The position numbers and the translations under genes are program-made. Below, piece after piece: positions 18,856 to 26,659 of a DNA stretch of 43,610 nucleotides. Positions within the stretch are counted from its first letter, which is position 1. Every line of letters starts with the position of its first letter. Source of the DNA: a virus (taxonomy: Duplodnaviria > Caudoviricetes); the IMG/VR virus record IMGVR_UViG_3300027828_000049, positions 1-43,610 of that record; one strand, written 5' to 3'. The notes under the pieces were generated by a model that was given only the letters and a program-made list of their open reading frames with translations, was not told the origin of the DNA and searched no databases.

Positions 18856-19003
18856 TGATTAGCTACATGATTGAGATTATCGAGGTCGAGTCTGGAGAGG
18901 CTTATTACTCGCAAAAAATGGATTATGGGAGTGCTGTCACACACTGCCAAGACGGTAAGGAGGAAACTGGTGATGAATATACGCATAATTTTTACGTTAT
19001 ACA

Positions 19004-19033
19004 TTGAAAACATGATCAAGGAGTTGATATAAT
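19004..19033 (+). promoter_or_regulatory. sigma70-type promoter driving non-coding element 2
   Basis: TTGAAA (19004-19009), 18 bp spacer, TATAAT with an extended TG (TGATATAAT 19025-19033). Confidence 0.75.
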
Positions 19034-19039
19034 ACATAC

Positions 19040-19557
19040 GTACCTTTTGGTGCAGCGGAGTTGAAAGACCGCTTAGAAAACAATGACAGAGGGTTTAGTT
19101 AGTAGCAATCTCGGTGGGCTTTGGTCTGTCAGGTTGTGCCCCTCTTTCAAACGGGGTTGTTACTACCTAAGCCCTTTTTTATGCCTGTTAGATGGCCTTT
19201 TGGTTACTGGCAGCAGTCTAGCGAAGACTTAAACGCACAAAGCAGGATAACAACTAACCTCCTGCGGCAGGCATAAATCCCTTCTAAGCCTCTTCACTGA
19301 GTTCACACCTTAGCCTACAGTAGCTATCCGCCCATACTGCCGGAGTTGACCGGAGACCAAACAAGACAATTTATCTGGAATGGATCGTTTGACGTTAAGA
19401 CGCGATAAACAGAGCTTGGTGTCCTTGAAAGCGAAAGCGGACTGATGTGCGAACATCTAAAATATGGCCTGATACTAAACCATCCATTCTTTTAAATTAA
19501 ATGACCCTTTGGTATTTCAAGGACAAGGTCTTAATTGACCTTATTGTTAAAAGGAAA
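19040..19557 (+). ncRNA. large structured non-coding element, copy 2
   Basis: About 520 nt with no long ORF; 24-bp G-U-rich stem 19090-19113/19152-19175 plus U-tract; colinear homology to 1015-1616. Confidence 0.7.
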
Positions 19558-19561
19558 CTTT

Positions 19562-20053
19562 ATGAGAAGTGGGCGAATGAGTATGTCCTATGCCGTTGAT
19601 AGCTTATCACTTGTTGACGGTGTTTTAGTTAGAAATGACGGTAAAAAGATGTCCTTAACAAAGCATAGTGATGGTTACGATATTGTCCTTCATGGAAAGT
19701 ATCAAAATACATACCATAGAATTGTTTACTGGTTGTCTACAGGTGAGGATCCGAACTACATAGATCATATTGATGGCAACCCGGAAAACAACGCTATAGA
19801 AAACCTAAGGCCTTGCAATCAGAGTCAGAATAATGCCAATACTGGGATTAATAAGGCTAACACCAGCGGTTACAAAGGGGTGACTTGGAACAAGTCTTGC
19901 GGGAAATGGCACGCCCAGATTAAAGATAATAAGAAGCGTGTTTATCTAGGTGTTTACGATGACATAAAAGATGCAGCGAAAGCCTACGATGATGCGGCGG
20001 TAAGAATATATGGCGAATTTGCAAAAACAAACAAAATGCTTGGCTTGCTTTAA
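19562..20053 (+). CDS. HNH endonuclease with a C-terminal AP2 domain
   Basis: YHRIVY...IDHIDGNPENNAIENLR...N and NTSGYKGV.W...W.AQI...YLG motifs; ATG 19562 after AAGGA. Confidence 0.9.
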   Translation: MRSGRMSMSYAVDSLSLVDGVLVRNDGKKMSLTKHSDGYDIVLHGKYQNTYHRIVYWLSTGEDPNYIDHIDGNPENNAIENLRPCNQSQNNANTGINKANTSGYKGVTWNKSCGKWHAQIKDNKKRVYLGVYDDIKDAAKAYDDAAVRIYGEFAKTNKMLGLL

Positions 20054-20095
20054 GCTTGCTAAGGTCTTAGATGAACTATTACCTAAAGGAAAGTA

Positions 20096-20593
20096 ATGAT
20101 GAAAAAGGCTCTGGATGCATGTTGCGGATCAAAAATGTTTTGGTTTGACGGGAATAACCCATTGACGGTTTTTCAAGACAAGCGAGAGCTTGACACCACC
20201 CTTTGTGATGGTCGTCAGTTGGTGGTTAAGCCTGATGTTATCGGTGATTTCACAAAGATGCATTGGCCAGACGATAAATTTAAAATTGTTGTTTTGGATC
20301 CGCCACACTTTGATACTGGCGGCGATTCTGGGTGGCAGGTGCTTAAGTACGGTCGATTACCAAAGGGAGAAAAATATTGGTCTGAATATTTAACCGATAT
20401 GTTTGCTGAGTGCTTTCGCGTGCTTGAAACTGATGGCGTTTTGGTCTTTAAGTGGAATGAGACGCAAATACCGGTAAGCAAGGTGTTGGATTGCTGCAAT
20501 TACAAGCCAATGATAGGGCATAAACGGGCTGGTAAAAGTGCTGACACGCATTGGATTTTATTCATGAAGAGTGACTTAATGAAAAATGCCTAG
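20096..20593 (+). CDS. SAM-dependent (amino-type) DNA methyltransferase-like protein
   Basis: LDACCGSKMFW SAM-binding motif, DPPH catalytic-type motif, ECFRVL...GVLVFKWNETQI. Confidence 0.8.
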   Translation: MMKKALDACCGSKMFWFDGNNPLTVFQDKRELDTTLCDGRQLVVKPDVIGDFTKMHWPDDKFKIVVLDPPHFDTGGDSGWQVLKYGRLPKGEKYWSEYLTDMFAECFRVLETDGVLVFKWNETQIPVSKVLDCCNYKPMIGHKRAGKSADTHWILFMKSDLMKNA

Positions 20594-20780
20594 CCCATTA
20601 ACACTAAGAAAGTACATAGCAAAGACTAATAAGAAGATAACGAACCAGAAAAACAAACTCATATACAGCAAAGAGACAAGCGACAAGATAGCCGCCAGTG
20701 ATGAGATAAGGCGGCTCGAGTCGAAGCTATTGCACTTTGAGCAGTCATTGATATTTGAGAAAGCAAAGATAGGGAAGTGA
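20586..20780 (+). CDS. small basic coiled-coil protein
   Basis: 64 aa ORF overlapping the MTase stop; followed by a hairpin/T-run at 20771-20794. Confidence 0.55.
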   Translation: MPSPLTLRKYIAKTNKKITNQKNKLIYSKETSDKIAASDEIRRLESKLLHFEQSLIFEKAKIGK

Positions 20781-20859
20781 TCACCTTCCCTTTTATTTTA
20801 ATTCTGGGTGTGTATAATGTATGTACCAACTACACAATAATTACACGGGAGTAGATATA

Positions 20860-21333
20860 GTGGGGCTTTGTAGAACAAACGTAATGTTGGATAACGAGCT
20901 GTGGAAATCTGCCATTGCTGCAGGCAAGGATGACGACCGATCGGGAAGTTGGATACTAAACCGAGCTCTCGAAGCATATTTGAACAAAGGCAAAAAGAAG
21001 GCGAAGCCAAAAGCTAGCACGCCTGCAGTAACAGAGCCTGCAGTGATGTTCATTCCGCTTAACTCTGGTGAGCATGGTGTAACTCAATCAGACATTGATA
21101 AATACATTCAGTTGTATCCTGCAGTCGATATTTCTGCAGAGCTCCGAGCGATGATCGGATGGTGTGACGCTAACACTCAAAACCGTAAGACAGCATCGGG
21201 CATCAAGCGGTTTATCAATGCATGGCTTAAGCGAGCTCAGGACAAGGGAGGTAACGGGCTGGGGAATGCTCAACAATCTGGGTTATCACGAGTAACGCAG
21301 AAAAACCTTAATAACCTAGAAGGCGACTGGTAA
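20860..21333 (+). CDS. replication initiator-like protein (RHH-like N-terminus plus O/DnaD-like C-terminus)
   Basis: GTG 20860 after GGGAG and downstream of TATAAT 20813-20818; RTNVML...SGSWILNRALEAYL; C-terminal LYPAVDI..ELRAMIGWC.AN..NRKT..GIKRFINAWL. Confidence 0.7.
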   Translation: MGLCRTNVMLDNELWKSAIAAGKDDDRSGSWILNRALEAYLNKGKKKAKPKASTPAVTEPAVMFIPLNSGEHGVTQSDIDKYIQLYPAVDISAELRAMIGWCDANTQNRKTASGIKRFINAWLKRAQDKGGNGLGNAQQSGLSRVTQKNLNNLEGDW

Positions 21334-21929
21334 TGAACGAGCAAGATAAGAACCAATTTAAAACTTTAATGGTTGGTGCGGGCGAGACTTATGGCAAGGA
21401 AGTAACCAAGCCATTACTGCAGATCTACTTCGGCGCACTGCAGTCATACCCAATTGATGATGTTGCTGCAGCATTCAGTAAGCATCTAGTTGATCCTAAA
21501 CACGGCACATTCTTCCCTAAGCCTGCAGATATTGTTCGTCAACTGTCAGCTAACGAGCAAAGCGCTGAGGATAAAGCCGCTCTAGCATGGCTGCAGGTGG
21601 AAAACGCAATTCGTCGCGGTGGTGCATATAGCAATCTTGAGCTTGAAGATAAGCAAGCTCTTGCTGCGGTAAAGAATATGGGCGGCTGGCGCTCACTGTG
21701 CATGAGCCTTGAAAGTGAAATGCAGTGGAAGAGGAAGGAGTTTATTAGTCTTTATGAAACATTCGAACGAACGCCTATCGAATTGTTACCAAGCAGCTTG
21801 CCTGGAATTGCTGAAATCGAGAATCACAAGAAAGAATCGAAAGGACAAATGAAATCTCTTGTTGATGGCATGAATAAATTCCGCGCAGATCATGGACTTC
21901 CAGATCTTGGTGATGTCAATGAGCATTAA
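21333..21929 (+). CDS. replication protein P-like/helicase-loader-associated protein (DUF6475-like)
   Basis: Follows the initiator; FFPKPADI, AWLQV..AIRRGG.Y and MGGWRSLC...WKRKEF motifs. Confidence 0.75.
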   Translation: MNEQDKNQFKTLMVGAGETYGKEVTKPLLQIYFGALQSYPIDDVAAAFSKHLVDPKHGTFFPKPADIVRQLSANEQSAEDKAALAWLQVENAIRRGGAYSNLELEDKQALAAVKNMGGWRSLCMSLESEMQWKRKEFISLYETFERTPIELLPSSLPGIAEIENHKKESKGQMKSLVDGMNKFRADHGLPDLGDVNEH

Positions 21930-22258
21930 ATTTCACGAATGGTCAGAAGAGCAATTGACCTATCCAGAGTTTTACAAAACAGGTGATCGTGATTGGTTGG
22001 GGGAGACAGCTATCAAGGCTAGCATTCGAAGCTCGGAAGCTGGCCTGTAATGAGTATCGAGAGGTTTACTTAAAACAGGGTAGAAATGTCGCCAACCAGT
22101 GGTTACTTGATTACTGCAATGAGCATGGTCGACAGCATGACGCGCCGGTGCAATCCATAACAAGTACCAATGCAAACCCACTGCAAGACAAGATAGATCA
22201 GATACGAAAACAGCCAAACCGCCAGAGAAAGACAATACTCGGAATGGCTGGTAAATAA
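21919..22258 (+). pseudogene. frameshifted hypothetical gene (one extra G in the G5 run at 21999-22003)
   Basis: ORF from ATG 21919 reads MSIKFHEW...DRDWLG, then leaves frame; removing one G joins it to the 21983..22258 frame (112 aa). Confidence 0.6.
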
Positions 22259-22278
22259 CCACTAAACACTGGAGAGAG

Positions 22279-22572
22279 ATGATGAACAAGATAGAGCAAA
22301 TGATTCACGATCAGATTCTTGATTACCTAAAGTCCGATGGCTGCAACCCATCAGCAGCACTGACTGCGGCAAAAAAAGGAGTTGAGCATTTCAAAAAAGG
22401 GAACCTTAAAGACCCGTATTTCGATAGCCTGTGTCATGCCGGTATGATTTGGGCACAGCATCACGACGGTAAGTATAAGTTCAAGAAGCCTAAAAAGGTT
22501 GGCGGAAAGCCGTTCTCGTACGGAAAGCCGAAGGCCCGTAAACACCCTAAAGATCAAGAAGCATTATTTTAA
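22279..22572 (+). CDS. hypothetical protein
   Basis: 97 aa ORF with RBS GGAG. Confidence 0.7.
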   Translation: MMNKIEQMIHDQILDYLKSDGCNPSAALTAAKKGVEHFKKGNLKDPYFDSLCHAGMIWAQHHDGKYKFKKPKKVGGKPFSYGKPKARKHPKDQEALF

Positions 22573-22593
22573 ATAAACTAGATAGTGGAGTAA

Positions 22594-22836
22594 GTGATGA
22601 TAACAGATAATGAATTTTACTACTGGTCAACTGAAGAGTCTCACTCTGACAATAACGAGACTATGTGTGATTTTCTGAACAATGATTTAACAGATGATTA
22701 TGTAGTCACGTATGAAGATGGCACGTATGCAGAGATTCAGGAGGTTGATAGCGGTCATTGTTGGGAGGTTCACGCTAGCGGTGATGGGGATTTCTTTAAT
22801 CACAAGGTTCAATTTGTTCCGATGGGTATTTTTTAG
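22594..22836 (+). CDS. hypothetical acidic protein
   Basis: 80 aa ORF with RBS GGAG. Confidence 0.65.
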   Translation: MMITDNEFYYWSTEESHSDNNETMCDFLNNDLTDDYVVTYEDGTYAEIQEVDSGHCWEVHASGDGDFFNHKVQFVPMGIF

Positions 22837-22858
22837 ATTGTCATATAGGGGATAGAGA

Positions 22859-23146
22859 ATGAGCGCAAAATTATTTGAAGCTGGAGAAGAGGTTTATGTT
22901 CTTTCCGGTTCTACAGGCAATCAAGAGGAAACGGTAATCATTGAGATAATAAAAGGGCCAATAAGAGTTAACTTCAAAGATGGAACAACTCTTGGGGTTG
23001 TTGATTTGGCATATCGACTTGATGGTGGATATAAAGGCGTATCAACCGTGATCACAACTCAAGACAAGCTGCGCAAGAAACCAAAACCATCAGAATACAA
23101 ATTCGATGATCTGATAAAAGAAATTAACGATCTTGTTACAGTGTAA
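22859..23146 (+). CDS. hypothetical protein
   Basis: 95 aa ORF with RBS GGGGA. Confidence 0.65.
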   Translation: MSAKLFEAGEEVYVLSGSTGNQEETVIIEIIKGPIRVNFKDGTTLGVVDLAYRLDGGYKGVSTVITTQDKLRKKPKPSEYKFDDLIKEINDLVTV

Positions 23147-23172
23147 ATAACCCACAGGGAGAGCATGAAATA

Positions 23173-23634
23173 ATGGCGCTTGAGCAGATCATAAACCAAT
23201 TTAACATAGCCGAAGAGGTTGGAAGGCTTGGTCAGGAGATTGACCAGATAGTTGAGGCTGGTGGAGAGGCAAAGGTGACAACAGTTACCAAAGCCACCAG
23301 GACAAAATCAATGAATGCGCTATGGTGGGGGTTCTGGATTCCTCAGACTGCAGAGTGGATGAATAACAACGGAGCGAGGATAGAAGTAAAGAACCAGCAC
23401 GGAAAGGTCATTCACACGCGCCAAGTGGAACCTGATGACGCTCACGCAATGTTTGTGAGCCATTGGCTAGGTGCAACCGATAAAGGCCTTAGAGAGCTAA
23501 CCAGAGATATGCAGAAGAGTCGATTTCTGTTCATGATGGATAAGCACTCTCATTGGGCGGTGGAGAAAGGGTTGCTGCTTACTTATCCAGAAGACTCGGA
23601 ATATTCGAGGTTAAAGCGTCAAACGGAGGAATAA
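23173..23634 (+). CDS. NinB/Orf-like recombination protein
   Basis: RTKSMNALWW motif and C-terminal TRDM...F...M.....WA.E.G..LT.P pattern. Confidence 0.6.
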   Translation: MALEQIINQFNIAEEVGRLGQEIDQIVEAGGEAKVTTVTKATRTKSMNALWWGFWIPQTAEWMNNNGARIEVKNQHGKVIHTRQVEPDDAHAMFVSHWLGATDKGLRELTRDMQKSRFLFMMDKHSHWAVEKGLLLTYPEDSEYSRLKRQTEE

Positions 23635-23698
23635 CCGAAAGGACAAGTTGAAGTTAATACAAGATAATAACAGCACACAAACAACGGAGAGATAGAGA

Positions 23699-23968
23699 AT
23701 GATTTTTGAAACAGAAGAATACAAAGTAACAAGCGATAAGCATCAATTTACGCTTTACTCGTTATCAGTGGTTGAGGCTGGTGAAGGTGTTGCGCCTGAG
23801 AAGGTTGGTACCGTTAAATCTTCTTTCATCGGGCATTATCCAAAGTTTGACATGCTTGTACGTGGCGCAATTAAGCATGAGCTTTCTAATCAGTCGGTGT
23901 TGGATCTAGATGCAATCCACAACCACATCGAAGCTGTTGCGGCTAAGCTTGAAGGGGTGTTGCGATGA
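23699..23968 (+). CDS. hypothetical protein (DUF5405-like)
   Basis: YKVTSDKHQFTL...IGHYP pattern. Confidence 0.6.
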   Translation: MIFETEEYKVTSDKHQFTLYSLSVVEAGEGVAPEKVGTVKSSFIGHYPKFDMLVRGAIKHELSNQSVLDLDAIHNHIEAVAAKLEGVLR

Positions 23969-24222
23969 TTGAGCAAACAGTAGAAGAAAAAGAACTAAGC
24001 GAAGACTACAAGTACCGAGAGGTGCAGCGATACTTGACTAACATGATCGAGGGAGGGTTGGAGTTTGTAAGTTATTCACTATCTGTCGGTATAGATAAAA
24101 AGCCTTTTTGGTCTGTCACTTTTCGTGGGTCGCTTGGCGGGTGTGTGATGATTGACAGATACACACCTAACGGTTTCGAGATGATTACAAATGCTCACAT
24201 TGCATTTGTTTGCGGAAGATAA
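23965..24222 (+). CDS. hypothetical protein
   Basis: 85 aa ORF, ATGA-coupled. Confidence 0.6.
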   Translation: MIEQTVEEKELSEDYKYREVQRYLTNMIEGGLEFVSYSLSVGIDKKPFWSVTFRGSLGGCVMIDRYTPNGFEMITNAHIAFVCGR

Positions 24223-24300
24223 AAAGAAGCCCAGATGATCGGTCTGGGCTAATAGGCTAGGGTTTGGAGATAGAGTAAGGAATATCAATGAAAACTTATG
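24221..24300 (-). ncRNA. candidate ~80 nt antisense sRNA
   Basis: Minus-strand TTGCGT (24335-24330), 17 bp, TGcAATAAT (24315-24307); minus-strand terminator AGCCCAGA/TCTGGGCT plus TCTTTTT (24250-24221). Confidence 0.5.
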
Positions 24301-24445
24301 TTAATGATTATTGCAGGGTAAAGGTAAAAACGCAAGCCGTTAGGGGCGTGATTGGCCCAACGCAAAAGAGGTTGTTGGGTATGTTGCGTGCGCTTTAATA
24401 TTTTATGGTGTATTTACGATCGGACCATGGTTGATTGCTGGTTAA

Positions 24446-24476
24446 AAACAAGGCCTCATATCGAGGCCTTTTGTTT
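24446..24476. terminator. bidirectional terminator
   Basis: AAGGCCTC-atatc-GAGGCCTT flanked by A- and T-rich tracts between convergent units. Confidence 0.75.
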
Positions 24477-24990
24477 ATTTGTCTTTTGTCTTACTTCCAA
24501 TACTCGAACCGAAATAAAAGCCACAAACCTGTATTCGCTCATCAAGAAGCCCTTTAATTATCCATCCACAGACATTTCCTATAACAACCACTGCAGCATC
24601 TGGGAGCTCGGTAAGAGTTATTGCGGCGATTTGAGCGAGCGCAACCAAGACAACGTATATAACATTAAATCGCATTACACTTTTAGCTATATCGTCGGCC
24701 TGTTTATGGTTTGTTGCGTATGACTTCCTAGCGCTTGCCATTTCCTCGTTTTGCAGCTCAAGTTTTCTTATTACAAAGTTGTTGTTGGCTTGATTTAGCT
24801 TAAGCATCTCATCTGGAGTTGCTGCCTCAACGGCCTTTGCTAGTACGTTCTGGTCATCCGTCTCGTAGCCAAGAAGTTCTTTTGATGCTATACGGATGGC
24901 GGTTGCTGGAAGCGTTGCTCCACCGCTAACAATAGCCCCTACTATATCAGGCGCATAACCTGCAAGTTTCTTTAGCCAGTCCATAATCAC
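24475..24990 (-). CDS. membrane protein of the lysis cassette (holin-like)
   Basis: Downstream of the endolysin; two C-terminal TM segments and the YFGSSIGSK end motif. Confidence 0.65.
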   Translation of the reverse strand: MIMDWLKKLAGYAPDIVGAIVSGGATLPATAIRIASKELLGYETDDQNVLAKAVEAATPDEMLKLNQANNNFVIRKLELQNEEMASARKSYATNHKQADDIAKSVMRFNVIYVVLVALAQIAAITLTELPDAAVVVIGNVCGWIIKGLLDERIQVCGFYFGSSIGSKTKDK

Positions 24991-25382
24991 ACCTTCTTAG
25001 ACAGTTGAAAGTGAGGGCCATCAAACAAGCTCTCCCAATGACCGCCCCACTCAATAGGGATACCAAGCTCAAAGGCTGCTTTGAAGAATGCACCGGCAAC
25101 TTTACGGAAGTACTTTGGATCCCACGTAATTTGGCCATTGCGATAAATCTTGATGTCGATAGCCTCACTAACACCGTAATCGTTAGGCAAGTGCCGGCTA
25201 TTCATTGTCTGAGACTTTCCGTGATCAATCATTTCCTTTTGGCGCTCAATAGTTCGAATCCCTTCACTAATGCCGAAATCATATTTTGAGTACTTCAGGG
25301 CCATGTGTGCGACACGTTGCAAATCATCGTCACACTGAGCAAGCTTATTTAGGCTGGACTGGCTGAATTTATGTTGCTGCAT
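24987..25382 (-). CDS. endolysin, peptidase M15 (L-Ala-D-Glu peptidase-like)
   Basis: DFGISEGIRTIERQ, SQTMNSRH...AID and WGGHW..FDGPHFQL motifs; ATG 25382 after GAGAGG; extended -10 TGGTATAAT at 25433-25425. Confidence 0.9.
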   Translation of the reverse strand: MQQHKFSQSSLNKLAQCDDDLQRVAHMALKYSKYDFGISEGIRTIERQKEMIDHGKSQTMNSRHLPNDYGVSEAIDIKIYRNGQITWDPKYFRKVAGAFFKAAFELGIPIEWGGHWESLFDGPHFQLSKKV

Positions 25383-25454
25383 AAGTGAAACCTCTCTAAT
25401 TACCAAACAATCTTTGGCCATGACATTATACCAACTAAACTAGATATTAGTTAC

Positions 25455-25631
25455 CAAGAGGAATGGAAGCCTTCGGAAGGAGGTGAGCCAAATCAGTATA
25501 TAGCGTGAGTTACCGCTACATGCGCACCGATGCCGTGAGGCACTGTTACCACTTGCGCCGGTAGGGAGCCGGAGCCATTTGAAAATGTGTGGAGAAGAGG
25601 CCGCTAGTTGGAATTTCCTAGCGGCCTTTTT
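25455..25631 (+). ncRNA. candidate structured sRNA (~170 nt)
   Basis: No credible ORF; several hairpins (GUGA tetraloop 25531-25542, AGGGA loop 25558-25572); strong terminator AGGCCGCTAG/CTAGCGGCCT-TTTT at 25598-25631. Confidence 0.6.
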
Positions 25632-25725
25632 GTGTCTAAAAATCGATATTAATATAACTAATTAGTATTGATTAATAACCGTAAGCAGTTAATATTAACC
25701 ATGTAGAGTTAACAAGGGGTACAAA

Positions 25726-25875
25726 ATGGCAATCGAGTTAAAGTCTTGCCAGTTTTGCGGTAAACAGTTTCACGGTACAAGTCGTGCGATGTATTGCAGC
25801 AATAACTGCAAGCAGAAAGCATTTCAAAGGAAGTTAAAGGAAGCAAAGGAGAAATATAATGATACATCCATTTAG
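25726..25875 (+). CDS. small zinc-finger protein (49 aa; not in the ORF track)
   Basis: MAIELKSCQFCGKQFHGTSRAMYCSNNCKQKAFQRKLKEAKEKYNDTSI; RBS AAGGGG. Confidence 0.7.
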   Translation: MAIELKSCQFCGKQFHGTSRAMYCSNNCKQKAFQRKLKEAKEKYNDTSI

Positions 25876-26383
25876 CGGTAAAGAAATGAAAGACAAGACA
25901 CCAATAGAGCACTTGGAAGCAATAGTTAGTGCTGTAAGGGTTGGGATTGACTCTGGGTTTCTATCTAATGATGATGTTGAGCCGATTGCGATGTCATATT
26001 TATCAGCTGTAAGTCTAAATAAATGCGCACATAGCCCTGAAGATGTATATGAATATTTATTAAATTGCGTTGATTTTACTAAAGATAAAAAAGATTCATT
26101 TGTTTATGTAATGCAGTGCACCGACGGAACTGTAAAGATTGGAAAGTCTGACAATCCAGAAAAGCGGTGCGCGTCTGTTGCATCGATATCCGGAAAGATC
26201 ATAAAAGAAACTTATTTCCACAAGGTGGAATCATCATCAATCGCACATGCAATTGAAAAGCAATGCCACAAATCACTATCAGACAGGCTGATTTCCGGTG
26301 AGTGGTTTGATATTTCATTTAAACTGGCAAAAGAGCGTGTTTTCTCTTATGCCGATGCGGTTAAGTTGCCGCGATTAAATTAA
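25859..26383 (+). CDS. GIY-YIG-like (T5orf172/MUG113) domain protein
   Basis: FVYVMQ...VKIGKSDNPEKR...IEKQCH...GEWF motif. Confidence 0.8.
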   Translation: MIHPFSGKEMKDKTPIEHLEAIVSAVRVGIDSGFLSNDDVEPIAMSYLSAVSLNKCAHSPEDVYEYLLNCVDFTKDKKDSFVYVMQCTDGTVKIGKSDNPEKRCASVASISGKIIKETYFHKVESSSIAHAIEKQCHKSLSDRLISGEWFDISFKLAKERVFSYADAVKLPRLN

Positions 26384-26406
26384 ACATACAGATAAGAGAG
26401 TAAGTT

Positions 26407-26595
26407 ATGAGTAAGACAACAAATTCAAGTGGTGGTATCGGGTTTACTGGGTTGCTAGCTGTGCTATTCATTGGTCTGAAATTGACTGATAACATTGACT
26501 GGTCTTGGTGGTGGGTACTGTCTCCGATTTGGATCCCATTGGCAATAGTAATTCCAGTCCTGATTTTGGCATTTGCTTATGAGTGCAGTAAGTAG
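26407..26595 (+). CDS. small membrane protein
   Basis: GGIGFTGLLAVLFIGLKLT..IDWSWWWVLSPIWIP, a widespread small phage TM family. Confidence 0.8.
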   Translation: MSKTTNSSGGIGFTGLLAVLFIGLKLTDNIDWSWWWVLSPIWIPLAIVIPVLILAFAYECSK

Positions 26596-26659
26596 CCTTT
26601 AGCGGACAGCCAAGTAAGTTAATAAAACAGTAATTGATTAGAAGGGTAAGGGGATAGAT

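Noticed and set aside
19040-20090. Group I intron or IscB/HEARO-type RNA-guided system (structured RNA plus HNH)
   Set aside because: No interrupted host gene flanks it, I could not recognise group I core motifs, the protein is a plain HNH-AP2 with no RuvC/PLMP, and the paralogous RNA element has no nuclease.
25455-25631. tRNA or tmRNA gene
   Set aside because: No cloverleaf, T-loop GTTCRA or CCA end; no tRNA was recognised anywhere in the window.
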